Shown piece by piece: positions 1 to 10,966 of a DNA stretch of 55,477 bases (position 1 is the first letter of the stretch; every line of letters starts with the position of its first letter). The notes under the pieces are model-generated. The model saw only the letters and a program-made list of their open reading frames with translations. It did no database searches and was not told where the DNA came from. The stretch lies in assembly GCA_032718475.1 (NCBI GenBank), contig JAUCBJ010008876.1, forward strand, positions 1 to 55,477. Reading direction: 5' to 3'. A program made the translations under genes and the position numbers. The DNA comes from Nemertoderma westbladi (Eukaryota > Animalia > Xenacoelomorpha).

Positions 1-161
1 GATTTATATTATCGTGTATAATTATTGTGAATATTTGGTGTATATTGATTTGGGGAAGCCCAAAATTATTCTTAATCAAGGTTCAACAGAGTTCAGTTAC
101 ATTAAAGAGTATATCCAACTAATGCAGCTTTTCTCAACCGCAAACTTGCATCTTAGAAATA
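1..161 (-). repeat. Start of the Gypsy 3' LTR (partial)
   Basis: Directly follows the purine tract GTGGGGAGGGAA on the - strand and begins TATTTCTAAG. No overlapping second copy in the window to confirm it. Confidence 0.6.
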
Positions 162-3100
162 TTCCCTCCCCACAATCAATATCCGGTGACTGGCCGGGGC
201 TCGGTGGTCTGTTAAGTCACGTCTCCAGCATCGGCGTTTTTCCCCCTGGTGTAGGAATAACGGCAACAATTCTTTTCCTTTTATGTTAATGGTTACAGTT
301 TTTTTGTCTTTCCGTATTATCTCATAAGGTCCAGAATATCGATCACTCAATGACGATTTCAAACGCTCATTTCGACACCATACGTGTTTAACAAAATCCA
401 TCGATTTTGGAACATATGTGGGCGCTTCATTTCTTCGTTCTGGAGCTACAAATGAGTTAATAGTCTTGAATAGATCATTCATATACTCAGGAAGATTTTT
501 CATATCTAGATTATAGTCCGTAGGAACAAAATACTGATGCGGTAGGTCTACCGTTCCACCATATACCATCTGGGTAGGTGAATAACCCTCCGGTGAAATA
601 CTATTTCTTAATCCCAATAATGTTAGTGGTAATGTATCAGCCCAAGTTGAATTTATTGCATGAGCTCTTAGGGAGTTTTTTAATGTCCTATGAAAGCGTT
701 CAATCGCCCCGTTAGATTGTGGATGGTAAGTAGTAGTTCTCTTTCGATCTATTCCCAACAATCTCATTAATTCTCCCCAAAACGCTGATTCAAATTGTGT
801 ACCTCTGTCGGATATTAGTTCTCTGGGGACTCCAAATCTAGAAATCCAATTTGTTATCATAGCCTTTGCAACAGTTACGGCGTCTGTGTTTCGAACAGGA
901 ATTACTTCTACCCATCGAGTAAATCTGTCGATCATTGTAACTACATGATTATATCCTTTAGAAGGTGGTAAGGGACCAACTAGATCGATATGAACAGTTT
1001 GGAATCGATTAGTTGTGGGGATTGAGCCAATAGGAGAACGAGTATGTCTGGTAACTTTACACTGTTGGCACCGTAGGCATTCACGACACCATTTTCTAAC
1101 ATCTTTCTTTACTCCCGGCCAAATATATTTATCCAACACCAGTTTCGTTGTCGGTCGAACTCCCATATGAGCCAATCCATGTAACTCTTGAAATAACGGA
1201 TAACGCATTTCTGTAGGAACATAGGGTCTCAAATATTCTTTACTTGCATCACAAATTAAATTAGAGTTTCCAATCATTAGTTTCTTCAACGGTAAACTAG
1301 TTCCCTTGAAAAAATGGACTAAAGTTTCATCGTTATTTTGAGCTTTGGCTAATGACTCATCAAATTCGACTTTAACATTTAAACATTCCCGTGATAATGT
1401 ATCGGCTACTACATTAGATACTCCTGATACATGTTGTATGACACAGTTAAATTCGGAGATATAGGATAGCCATCGCGTCTGCTGAGGAGATGGATTTCTC
1501 ATCTGCAGTGCATTAACTAAGGGTTTGTGGTCCGTTTTAATTATAAAATTCGTACCAATTAACCAATTATAATGTTTCAGGGCCAGGTATATTGCTAATA
1601 ATTCTCTGTCAAATGCTGACTTTTTTGCTTCTAACGGGGTTAATTTAGCAGAAAAGAAAGCCAAAGGTTGTTTAATATCGTTTACTATCTGATGTAATAC
1701 AGCGCCAACGGCTACACCAGAAGCATCAGTGGTTAGTTCGAGTGTTGCCTTGGGATCTGAGAAAGCTAGTGTGACTGAGTTTTTCAATGCTTCTTTTAAA
1801 TCATTGAAAGCTTTCTCTGATTTTTCATTCCACACCAAAATTTTAGTTTTCTGTTCACGACCACGAGTCATATCGGTTAATGGGGCCGCAATACTTGAGA
1901 ATCCATTGACAAAACGGTGGTAGAATCCCGACATACCCAAGAAACGTTTCAAAGATTTAATTGTGCTAGGTTTTTCAAACTGAACAATTGCTTTCACTTT
2001 CTCTTCGATCGGTTTTATTCCCTTACTCGAGATATGAGCACCAACAAATGTTACACTCTAACAAAAAAATTTGCATTTGCTTGCTCTTAATTTTAAACCA
2101 AATTGCGCTAATCGTTTAAATACAATCATTAAATGTTTAAAATGTTCTTCTGCATCGGCGCTCGCCACAGTAACATCATCTAAATAACACCATACAAATG
2201 AAAGTCCACTAAGAGCAGTGTCCATGAGTCGCTGAAATGTGGATGATGCATTCTTCATACCATATGTCATTCGTTTGAAAATAAATAACCCGAATGGGGT
2301 TGTAATCGCAGTTTTCTTCTGATCCTCTACATCTACAGGTATTTGGGTATATGCAGAAGCCAGGTCGATTTTGGAAAATACTTTGCAGTTATGGAAACTA
2401 TTTGACAAATCACTCAAATTCGGCATGGGGTAATGATCTGGAATTGTTTGATTATTAAGGTTTCTATAGTCTCCACATGAGCGGTAAGGAGTAGTTTTTG
2501 AATTTGCTTGAAAAGCAACATGTAAAGGTGATGCGTAAGGAGATTCTCCCCTATAACATATACCATTTCTCTCCCAATCTTCAAAAGTCTTTTTAGCCGC
2601 TACCAACTTTTCTCCAAATAATCGGCGCGGTTTACTGACACTAGGAGGACCATTAGTAAGAATATTGTGTTTAATTTTATGTTTTATTGGATCTGCAATG
2701 TTTACTTGTGTAAATAATTCTGAATATTCATTAACTAATTCTGCTACTTTTTCTTTAAAGCATGGATTTTCAACTTCCACCATTATCCTATTGATTGTTG
2801 GAGTTTTGAAATTAAATAAAGCAGGTTTATTTTCGGATTCTTTTATTGGCTTAATCTCCCATGGTAAAATATTTAATGGGATCAGTCTATTATAAGCACA
2901 ATCAATGAGTAATTTATGGTGGCCGAGAAAATCAATACCTAGTATTGGTTTGGAAACCTCTGCAACATAAAATCTCCAAACAAACAGTTTATCTCCCAAA
3001 TCTGATATTTTAAACTTAAGTTGCCTCAGTCCATTTACTTTTATTGGTGTTCCATTGGCTGCTTTCAAAATAATTTTTGGTGAATGTATCATTTCCGATG

Positions 3101-3226
3101 TGGTATAACTCAGAGGTAAAACGTTACACTCGCTACCACTGTCGGCTAAGAATTCTCCCACTGGACTGGCGGCAACATATATAGAGTTCACTCCATCACA
3201 GGCCGCCCTTGCGGTGGAGCATTGGG
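153..3226 (-). pseudogene. pol: Gypsy pol (protease, RT, RNase H, integrase) with in-frame TAG at 2058-2060 and an altered IN C-terminus
   Basis: LADSGS protease; YLDD RT; TDAS and TDHKPL RNase H; HGLAH..CLRC zinc finger; HIDLVGP/SDRG/NGAIER DDE core; GPY motif. ORFs 2058-3191 and 153-1997 share one frame: KCKFFC*SVTFVGAHIS. Confidence 0.93.
162..173 (-). promoter_or_regulatory. Polypurine tract of the Gypsy element
   Basis: GTGGGGAGGGAA on the - strand just downstream of the integrase region. Confidence 0.7.
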
Positions 3227-4327
3227 GTTTCCCGAAGGTTGATTATTGTTTGGGTTTGTGTTATATTGTCGTGTTTGAACCCATTCACAGTGTCCGCTAC
3301 ACTTTGTAGAATTTCTCCCGAACCGCCAGTGATACCAGCATAACTTACCGTTTGGGTTATATTGGCGTGTTCGGGAGTTGGAACGTACTCCGTATCTAGA
3401 TGACGATCTATCGAATCTTCTTCCGCGAAAACTACTGGTTGATTGTCGAGGTCTGCCTCTCTCATCTCCAGAAGAAAGTGACTCAAAAGCCCTTGATAAT
3501 CGGTTAATTTCTTGAGTTATGTTCTGGCACCATGTCTCCATAGTCTTAGCTGATGTGGCTTGTCCTTGTCTATAAACCTCAGCTTCAGGTTTACTAGTGA
3601 GTGAACTTGTTCCCCTTTCATTAATATTATTCACTAAGTTATAATTTGGCATTCGTTCAACCATTTGATCTGCGATTTCTGCGAGTTTTTCTACTGGCAC
3701 TCCTTCTACAGCAATTAATACTAGTCGGACTGGTTCTGGAATAATATCCAAAAATCTCATTTTAACAATATTAGGATTATTCGGAGCTAACCTCTGTAAG
3801 TGTCTCAAAATCACACTCGGCTTTCGGTCGCCCAATACTTGATCTTTGAGAAGTTTCTTTAGGCGACGATCTTCACTATCATCGAAATACTTTATTAAGC
3901 ATTCCTTTATTGTTTCAAAAGAATCGGAAACTCGCGCACCACTGTCGAATATAACGTGAGTTGGTAATGCTCGAAGTAAGCTATTTTTCTTTACAGTCTC
4001 AGATGAATTCGCCAGCATCTCCTTGATCTGGTCGAACCAAACTCTAGTATCCTTTTCGTAAAATTGTGGTAACTTAACATTTAGTGTCAGAGTTGGCGTT
4101 GGAGATCCCGATGAAGTACCAGTATTGTCCGGAACTGGAACAGTATTCATAGTCTGCTGGATGTGGTTGTAGGCCAACTGAACGAAAGTTGGGTTTTCCG
4201 CTTTTAACGCATCTAATATTTCTGGTTTCGTATCAGGAACTCCGGCATATTGAGGATCGTCCTTGTGTAGTAATTGTAAAATCGCCTCCAGGAAAACTTT
4301 TGGTACGTTGTGCAGATCTACCGGCAT
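3188..4327 (-). CDS. gag: Gag, CsRn1-type with CHCC zinc finger
   Basis: 379-aa ORF with VKLPQFY..W, LGDRKPS and CWYH(x9)C(x3)C. Confidence 0.9.
   Translation of the reverse strand: MPVDLHNVPKVFLEAILQLLHKDDPQYAGVPDTKPEILDALKAENPTFVQLAYNHIQQTMNTVPVPDNTGTSSGSPTPTLTLNVKLPQFYEKDTRVWFDQIKEMLANSSETVKKNSLLRALPTHVIFDSGARVSDSFETIKECLIKYFDDSEDRRLKKLLKDQVLGDRKPSVILRHLQRLAPNNPNIVKMRFLDIIPEPVRLVLIAVEGVPVEKLAEIADQMVERMPNYNLVNNINERGTSSLTSKPEAEVYRQGQATSAKTMETWCQNITQEINRLSRAFESLSSGDERGRPRQSTSSFRGRRFDRSSSRYGVRSNSRTRQYNPNGKLCWYHWRFGRNSTKCSGHCEWVQTRQYNTNPNNNQPSGNPNAPPQGRPVME
3190..3233 (-). promoter_or_regulatory. -1 programmed ribosomal frameshift signal (G GGA AAC plus downstream stem-loop)
   Basis: Heptamer at 3227-3233 is in the gag 0 frame. 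The -1 frame reads PQCSTARAACDGVNSIYV directly into the protease. CTCCA/TGGAG and CCGC/GCGG stems follow. Confidence 0.85.
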
Positions 4328-4419
4328 TGTCGATCCGTCGATGTTGTAGGCCTATTAGTCTACTGGTGTACAGGTCCACGCAATGGAACACGGTTATTAT
4401 TTTTGGAGTTTTTTTACCG

Positions 4420-4437
4420 ATCTCGTCCGGGTCACCA
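4420..4437 (-). promoter_or_regulatory. Primer-binding site, tRNA-Trp-like
   Basis: TGGTGACCCGGACGAGAT on the - strand, close to the complement of the tRNA-Trp 3' end (TGGTGACCCCGACGTGAT). Confidence 0.85.
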
Positions 4438-4438
4438 A

Positions 4439-4590
4439 TATTATCCTTATTAGATAATAAAATAATGAATCAAATAGATCTGAATTATTTAATAAGTATG
4501 AAATACTGAATTAACTTTTTACATAAAATATAAATTCTTCACTTTTTATATTAGACAGTACACAGTCAGACAGTGCTTAATAATAATAAT
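4439..4590 (-). repeat. U5 remnant of the Gypsy 5' LTR
   Basis: AT-rich segment adjoining the PBS. The LTR-start sequence seen at 1-161 is not found further right, so this LTR is truncated; the right boundary is approximate. Confidence 0.6.
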
Positions 4591-4758
4591 AATCTAGGTT
4601 TCAGACTTTTTGTTCTGGTACCGGTAAGGAATATTGTTGAGTCTCTTAGGTCCTAACATACCCTGGACGAGCTTACGAGGGAGTTTACGCGTTCCATCCT
4701 TACCTATTCGCGTCGATTGAACAGAAAACACGCGTACCAAGTTACGAGTTAATAAAGC

Positions 4759-5190
4759 GTGTTGGACCCTGAGTATGGCGACATCTTTGTGAACTCGCAT
4801 CCTGAACTACAGGAAGTATCTCGGCGACCATATGAATATCGAACCCGAGAACGCGAGCTGGAGAGAACCATTAAACAGAGAAAGTTCCTCACCACTCACG
4901 GTCCACCCACCGCTAGTGTCCAGACGACCCGTCAAGGACCCGTAGGAGCTGCTGTCCTGAGACGCGCTCTAAAGGCCGTTAGACCTCGCTCCACTGAGGT
5001 TGATATTAATCAACCAGGTACTTCGACCGGCGGGTATACCGATCGTAACCCTGCACCTTCTGATGCAATTATATTGCACCCTTCGCCTAGGAGCTACAGC
5101 CCTCCTCGTAAAGTGGCTCGCCCCAAAGAGAAAAAGACTCTGGCTAGCTTTAAAAAACTGCGTAAACGCCGTCCGCGCAAGAAAGACTAA
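4759..5190 (+). CDS. Basic Arg/Lys-rich accessory ORF of family B, function unknown, true start uncertain
   Basis: C-terminal AIILHPSPRSY.PP.KV..PKEK.TLASFKKLRKRRPR.KD and the stop are conserved in frame in copy 2 (53618-53902). Confidence 0.5.
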   Translation: MLDPEYGDIFVNSHPELQEVSRRPYEYRTRERELERTIKQRKFLTTHGPPTASVQTTRQGPVGAAVLRRALKAVRPRSTEVDINQPGTSTGGYTDRNPAPSDAIILHPSPRSYSPPRKVARPKEKKTLASFKKLRKRRPRKKD

Positions 5191-5268
5191 CTGTTTAGAG
5201 TATTTATGTATATTAGAAATTGTGATTTTGTATATTTTATAGACTTAAATCCCATTTTCTGGGAGCGG

Positions 5269-6484
5269 TGTAAAAGCTTTTGTGGGATAACTGATTCGTT
5301 TCCCTTGCTAACCAGTTCCCCCCATGCGCTGGAATACTCTAAAAAGGGATCTATAACTCGAATAGCGCAAGCTACCGGCTGATTGGCTGATTTGCTGTGT
5401 GAAAGGATCTGGGCTATGTTTGATCGTCCAACCAGCTTGGGAAGGTTACTCTGCAGCCCTGCTTTCTGTACCTGCCAATAGGATTTGAGTTGGTTTTGAT
5501 TTCGACCTATCACAGATCTACTGAACTGAATTTTCCTATCTGTATGCTCATTCTCTGTGGTGGGTGGAAGCCTTTGTAAATAAGGTTATTCTTATCAGTG
5601 TTCAGTGTGTTATCATTCTGTCCTAAGCCAGGAGAGAGCGGCTTTGGAATATTTTTGTGCTTTCTGTTTTAGCCTTACACTAGTAGGCTTAATTATAAGG
5701 ACATATATCCGTTATCTTAACAATCCCAACAACTCAATACAACCAAAACTGATTGTCAAAACTCATGCAATGCAACATACCTAATCAAACATACCTGTGC
5801 ATACTTTTATATTGTTATACTGCTATTTACTGTCAGTTCTTCATAATATGGTTGATGAATTATTATATTTGGAATAACGATAAATAACCCCGAAACCCAA
5901 TATTCTTGATATACCGAAGGTAAGAGAGAAGGGTTACATATAACGATTGTGACTTATGTTAAAGTGGTTTGAAGTGAATCTAATGTTATTTGATAGACCC
6001 TACATGAGTCGGTCCGTGTTCCTTTTATATATAACTAAAATCAGTGAAGATCGGCAGATCAGTGTGCAGTATTGTGCAGCATTGTGTATGAGTGAAACTG
6101 ATAACGAAGCATTTCCTAAAGAATGCGCCATATATGTGAATTATAACTAAGCCATATCGTTGTGAGTAGTTTAAGTCATAACTCTGTTTATATAGATAGA
6201 GCGCCACGTCCTAAAGGAACTGTTAATATTCCCCGAAGGTGAATAATATTGTCAGAGATTATATAATACTGTCAGTCGAATAATACATTAGGCTTACATA
6301 GCAATAAGATTAAGCCGTCGAACCCAATCTCCCGGGTATATCCAGCGGGTGAATGATCGCGCACAGATTGGTTTCGACTAGTGTAGTGAATCAAATACTT
6401 GTCATAGGCTAAAAGTGATTTATTATATAGAAGACATCCTAATTTGGCGGGTTAAACTGCCAAAGGTCTGAAAGCGCGAACAGC
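5269..6484 (+). repeat. Family B 3' LTR (U3 part), truncated
   Basis: Starts TGTAAAAG after the purine tract; 5815-6484 closely matches the reverse complement of 52306-52975. Confidence 0.65.
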
Positions 6485-7358
6485 GCCTAAAATTAGCCTA
6501 TAGGTATCAAAACCACGAAAGTTAGATTATATTTAAAAATTTGAAAAAATTTTCACTTTTGGTGCATGTTTGGTCAGTTGTTATCAGGATGAAATTTAAA
6601 TGTCATTTTTCTTGCATTGGCTTTTTTGGGACACTTTCTCTATCTACTTTTTAACTACTCAACGGATTTTCGTTCTGTTTGCAGAATTATGTAGAGGAAT
6701 ATTCCCCGCAAAAATTGAATAGACAGAATTTTGAAATTTTGCTTTAAAAAAAAGTTATAGCATTTTTCGTTTAAAAAATACCGAAAAATCTAAAAAATCC
6801 AAAATTTAGCGATTTTTTACACAAAAAATGCCATAACTGTTTTTTGAAAAAAAATTTCAAAATTCTGTCAGTTCAATTTTTGCGGCGAATATTCCTCTAC
6901 ATAATTCTGCAAACAGAACAAAATCCGTTGAGTAGTTAAAAAGTAGATAAAGAAAGTGTCCCAAAAAAAGCCAATGCGAGAAAAATGACATTTAAATTTC
7001 ATCCTGATAACAACTGACCAAACATGCACCAAAAGTGAAAATTTTTTCAAATTTTTCAAATATAATCTACTTTCGTGGTTTTGATACCTATAGGCTAATT
7101 TTAGGCGCTGATTCCGAAAATGGCAAAATATTTGCACATTTATGGGTGTTTGATGGTAATTTTTGGTGTCAAATGTGGTGCTGCACCAAAATTTAAAAAT
7201 TTGAAATTTTGTGTGAAAATTACAAAAGTTGCCATAACTCGAGAACAAAATACCTTATCGAAAAACTGATTTCAGATTCGGAATTACCATAAAATTTCAC
7301 ATCGGAAAACACATAAAAAAAATATGATGAAAAAAAAGACTGGGGGTTAACCCCACCC
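6481..7358. mobile_element. Palindromic non-autonomous DNA transposon (Kolobok-like), left end deleted
   Basis: 6481-7110 is a near-perfect inverted repeat of about 630 bp; the right end ...CCCCACCC is followed by TTAA. Confidence 0.65.
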
Positions 7359-7362
7359 TTAA

Positions 7363-7612
7363 TGACTTCAGAAATGAAGTCACCGACCACGAAAACCCAT
7401 ACAAGGAATTTTTTAGACAGATCGTATGTTTTTTATTGACGGACAGACATACTGACGGACAAACCGACAGTAAAACGGACAGACAGCAATATCTCGAGAA
7501 GTAGGACAGATCTTGCTAAACGGTTTTCAAATTTGGAATCTTGATAAAAATCTGCTCTAGATGAAATTAAAAAAAAATTGCAAAAAATGATTGAAGTAGC
7601 GCTACCGGGGCC
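7363..7612. mobile_element. End fragment of a second TTAA-flanked (Kolobok-like) non-autonomous element
   Basis: Ends GTAGCGCTACCGGGGCC-TTAA; GACGGACAGAC-type internal repeats; only one end seen. Confidence 0.4.
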
Positions 7613-8110
7613 TTAAAGTCAGTCATATTTATGACGTATCAAGTGTATTATAAGATATATACGTGCTTCTCATTTAAAGCACTAGGTATGTCCTCACACC
7701 TGTCTCCACTCGAACAATATCAACACCATGGGACCACTCTATGTGGTTCCACAACGTTTGTTTCAATACGTTGTAGTAATCTGTTGGCATTACATAATAA
7801 CCCAATGGACAAAGTTGTCATGGCTTGGGGCAGAGTAAGATACGGTGGTACAAGTTGTCAAAAAATTTGTGTACAAGTGTTTTTTTTACACGTGTGCCAC
7901 ATGCATATCCTACCGGCGGGTTTTTTTTTTCAAAATGTTCACCGCGAAAAGTTTCTAAATTGTTAGAAAATCTAAATTTTGTTTAGAAAACCACAATAAT
8001 TGCCCAAAATGCCGATTTTGAAAGGTGAATTTTGATAAGTGAGAAGTAGGCCATATCACTGCTTTATTGCTTGTTTTCTTCTTTATCAAACGAATATACG
8101 GTGCCGTATA

Positions 8111-10035
8111 CAGTCGGGGTCTCAAAGTGCATCTGTTCTTTGAGATTTTCTCAAAGTTTTTCTAAAAGTGTTTAAAAGTCATTACATTACTCCCAACGGC
8201 CGCTTTGAATTCTTGTAGACACTTTTAGTTGGGAATCTCAAAGTGATTTTCTGCATTTAGGCACTTTTAATTCTTTGAATTCTTTGAGAAATGTCACTTT
8301 GAGTTAGTTTGCGGCACTTTGAATTCTTTGAGAAAATAAACTCCGAGGTATTCCTGATTGACAGCTCGTGGTAAGTTAACAGATGCAGAGCCATTCTCGG
8401 GGAACAATATTATGCGGGCAACAAAGTGATACTTGTGTGCTGACCAGTTGTTGCCTAGAAGCTATTCCCATTAATTTATCATATTGGGGTTCCTGAGGTC
8501 ATTACGGGGTGGGTTTTCGGTCGCAAGTACAAATTGAATTTACGGCACCCTAAAGTCTTTCTAAAAAACATTCATTCAAATAAAACATGAAACATAATTA
8601 GTGAAACAAGATTAATGCTTGACAAGATTGATTATTTTAATAACATAATACAATATCAGATTAACAATTAATATAAGAAAAACTGCACTGTAGTTTCTCT
8701 GTGTATACGCAGTTTCATTATAATGACCTAAAGAAGCCCTGTTGGGAGAAAGCTTGTAACTTTTGTCATTCATTTCATTAGTCACCTGAGTGAGGTCAAA
8801 CCGTACTACCTTAACTGTTTAATTAATATGATAATTATGGTGACGAGAGCGCGAGAATTCCTTCTTAAAAACCAAGAAAGGCTTTCGACTTTCAAGTACA
8901 ATAGAACGGCTACACTCTTGTGTTGTTTTAGCTTAATAGAGATATTGAAATATCCCCTGCCCCTGGCGTTTATATTTGAGCATATTTTAAATGTTTGCCT
9001 CACATTCAATTGATGTGTACCGCCTTCTGGCAAAGCGGCATCCAGTTTAAGCTATCAATCACAGCTAGCAAGTAGCGACCTACGGACGGTGACCTTCAAA
9101 CAAACAGGTGCAGAGTCGGAAAGAACTGTCACATGCTTTGCTTGGCTTGTGGTACCATTTGATTACATAATAGATTTTGGCAGACTGGGCGGTCGCTCTG
9201 ACTATATGCATTGCGCACCAACAATGCCTAAAACATCTATGGGAACAGCCAATTAGTGCGCTTGAATCATTTATCTTTATTCCTGCCTCTATCTTTATTC
9301 TTTACTTTGTATAACACAATTTACAGTGCGGCAAAGTATGGCTGGTTGACCATTGAAATGCATTGGTAAAGGTATTCGGCGTTCACGTGGGCTAAACAAA
9401 TTTAAACAGTACAGTTTTAGCACTATACATTAATATAGATAGGGCAACAGACAAACTGTCTATGACACAAATACCAACACATTCCGATAGCCCGCAATTA
9501 TGGCGTCTCTAAAGAGTCAAAATATAAATTAATAAAATCCTCTATGAAACAATAAAAATACCTACAAAAAATACTGCTGTATTAAATATTAGTTACTGCA
9601 GTAACATATAACAATTACTGCAGTAACAAATATTTATTACTGCAATAATCAATATTAATAATTTAATAAATAATTGAATAAAAATTTCTACTGCAGTAAC
9701 AAATTATTTGTTACTGCAGAAAAAGACAATTTTTTATTACTGCAGTAATTGTTAATTCATACTTTCAGTAACAAATATTTATTACTGCAGTATTTTTTGG
9801 AGGCATCTTTATTGTTTCATAGAGGTTTTTATTACTTATATTTTACCCTTAGGCAAAGTCAATATACACCATTCCATAGCCAGCTTCAGGCAGGACTGTA
9901 TGAATTGACTGACAGTACTACTTTGAAATCTTTGAGGACACTTTGTCATTTTCTTAGACCACTTTTAGAACTTTGAGACACTTTTAGTTCTTTGAGAAAA
10001 TCTCAAAGAACAGATGCACTTTGAGACCCCGACTG
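8111..10035. mobile_element. Non-autonomous Tc1/mariner-superfamily element
   Basis: Perfect 46-bp TIRs CAGTCGGGGTCTCAAAGTGCATCTGTTCTTTGAGATTTTCTCAAAG; TA on both sides; subterminal CTTTGAGA repeats; no transposase ORF. Confidence 0.85.
9509..9852. mobile_element. Nested fold-back MITE built from TTACTGCAGTAA motifs
   Basis: Arms CCTCTATGAAACAATAAA...AAAAAATACTGC and GCAGTATTTTTT...TTTATTGTTTCATAGAGG are inverted copies. Confidence 0.7.
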
Positions 10036-10966
10036 TATATCCTTTTTTTTTTTTTTAAATATCGAAATATTCTTTATTAAAGTAATTATAGCCTTCTACC
10101 ATATTTAGTACAGCTTTGGCAAACTGAAACCATTAATTTATTGTGAAGGAATTAATATTCCACATCATTGGGTGTTGACAGTACAATAAGTGCCTTATAG
10201 ATTGTCTTTCAAATTGAGAAGTCTAATAAATTAATGGAATGTCAGTGAAACACTATTATTACTGTAATAATTGAACACAGTTCAATTCAGTCTTTTGCCC
10301 ATTGAACTAAAATCTAAACTTCTCATAAGCAGAGATATTCATCACTTAAATACTCGATCACAAACTGATTACCATCTACCAAGCTACAGAACAAATATTC
10401 CAAAGGCTACACTACTACAGTACATCAATGCATGTCTTTAAATAATGATCTTGATAGTAAATTTATAAAATTTTCATGGAATGAAGTAAACATTTATTTA
10501 ATAAGACATTGAAGAAGCATTTCCTTGCAATTCAGCGGTCTAATGATTCCAATATGTAATGTTAATATATTATTATTAAGTATATAATTTTATTTATATT
10601 TCAATATTCCTACCTATATAATTATATTGTATTAAGTAATTTAGTTCTATGTGTTTCTGTAACGCGTCTTGCACTGCTACTCGTTACATGTATGGGTTCG
10701 CTGACAGTTTGGGTCTGGGAGTGTGGGGTTCGGCTGTATGCGTTGTACAGTAGTACAGAGGCAATATATAGGCTTGCTTGTTAGCCTTTGTCTGTGGCGT
10801 ATTTTAGCATTTCAACAAGATACCATAACTAATAAAATGTTGTTAAACAAATAGTCATTCTCATTTATGTGCGTTAATTATTCATCAATAATAATAAAAA
10901 AATAAATATCTACGCTTTAAAAAAAACAATCTATTTCAATCTACTTACTTAGAAACAATAGCGCTA

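Larger units (their letters stand above)
1..4590 (-). mobile_element. Ty3/Gypsy LTR retrotransposon, CsRn1-like lineage; 5' LTR truncated, 3' LTR runs off the window
   Basis: gag-PR-RT-RH-IN order; CHCC gag motif CWYHWRFGRNSTKCSGHC; tRNA-Trp-type PBS; PPT at 162-173. Confidence 0.93.
4594..6484 (+). mobile_element. 3' portion of an unclassified LTR element (family B, copy 1): accessory ORF, PPT and truncated 3' LTR
   Basis: Homologous to 52306-53770 in inverted orientation. Both copies share TTTTCTGGGAGCGG-TGTAAAAGC, read as PPT plus TG LTR start at 5269. Confidence 0.7.

Noticed and set aside
5956-6207. Small ORFs shared with 52583-52765
   Set aside because: Explained by high DNA identity of the LTR block; no independent coding signal
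4594-6484. Polinton or endogenous DNA virus terminus
   Set aside because: No polB, capsid or ATPase and no Polinton-type termini; PPT plus TG start fits an LTR element better
6868-9976. Short ORFs within MITEs
   Set aside because: AT-rich and low complexity, with no transposase motifs
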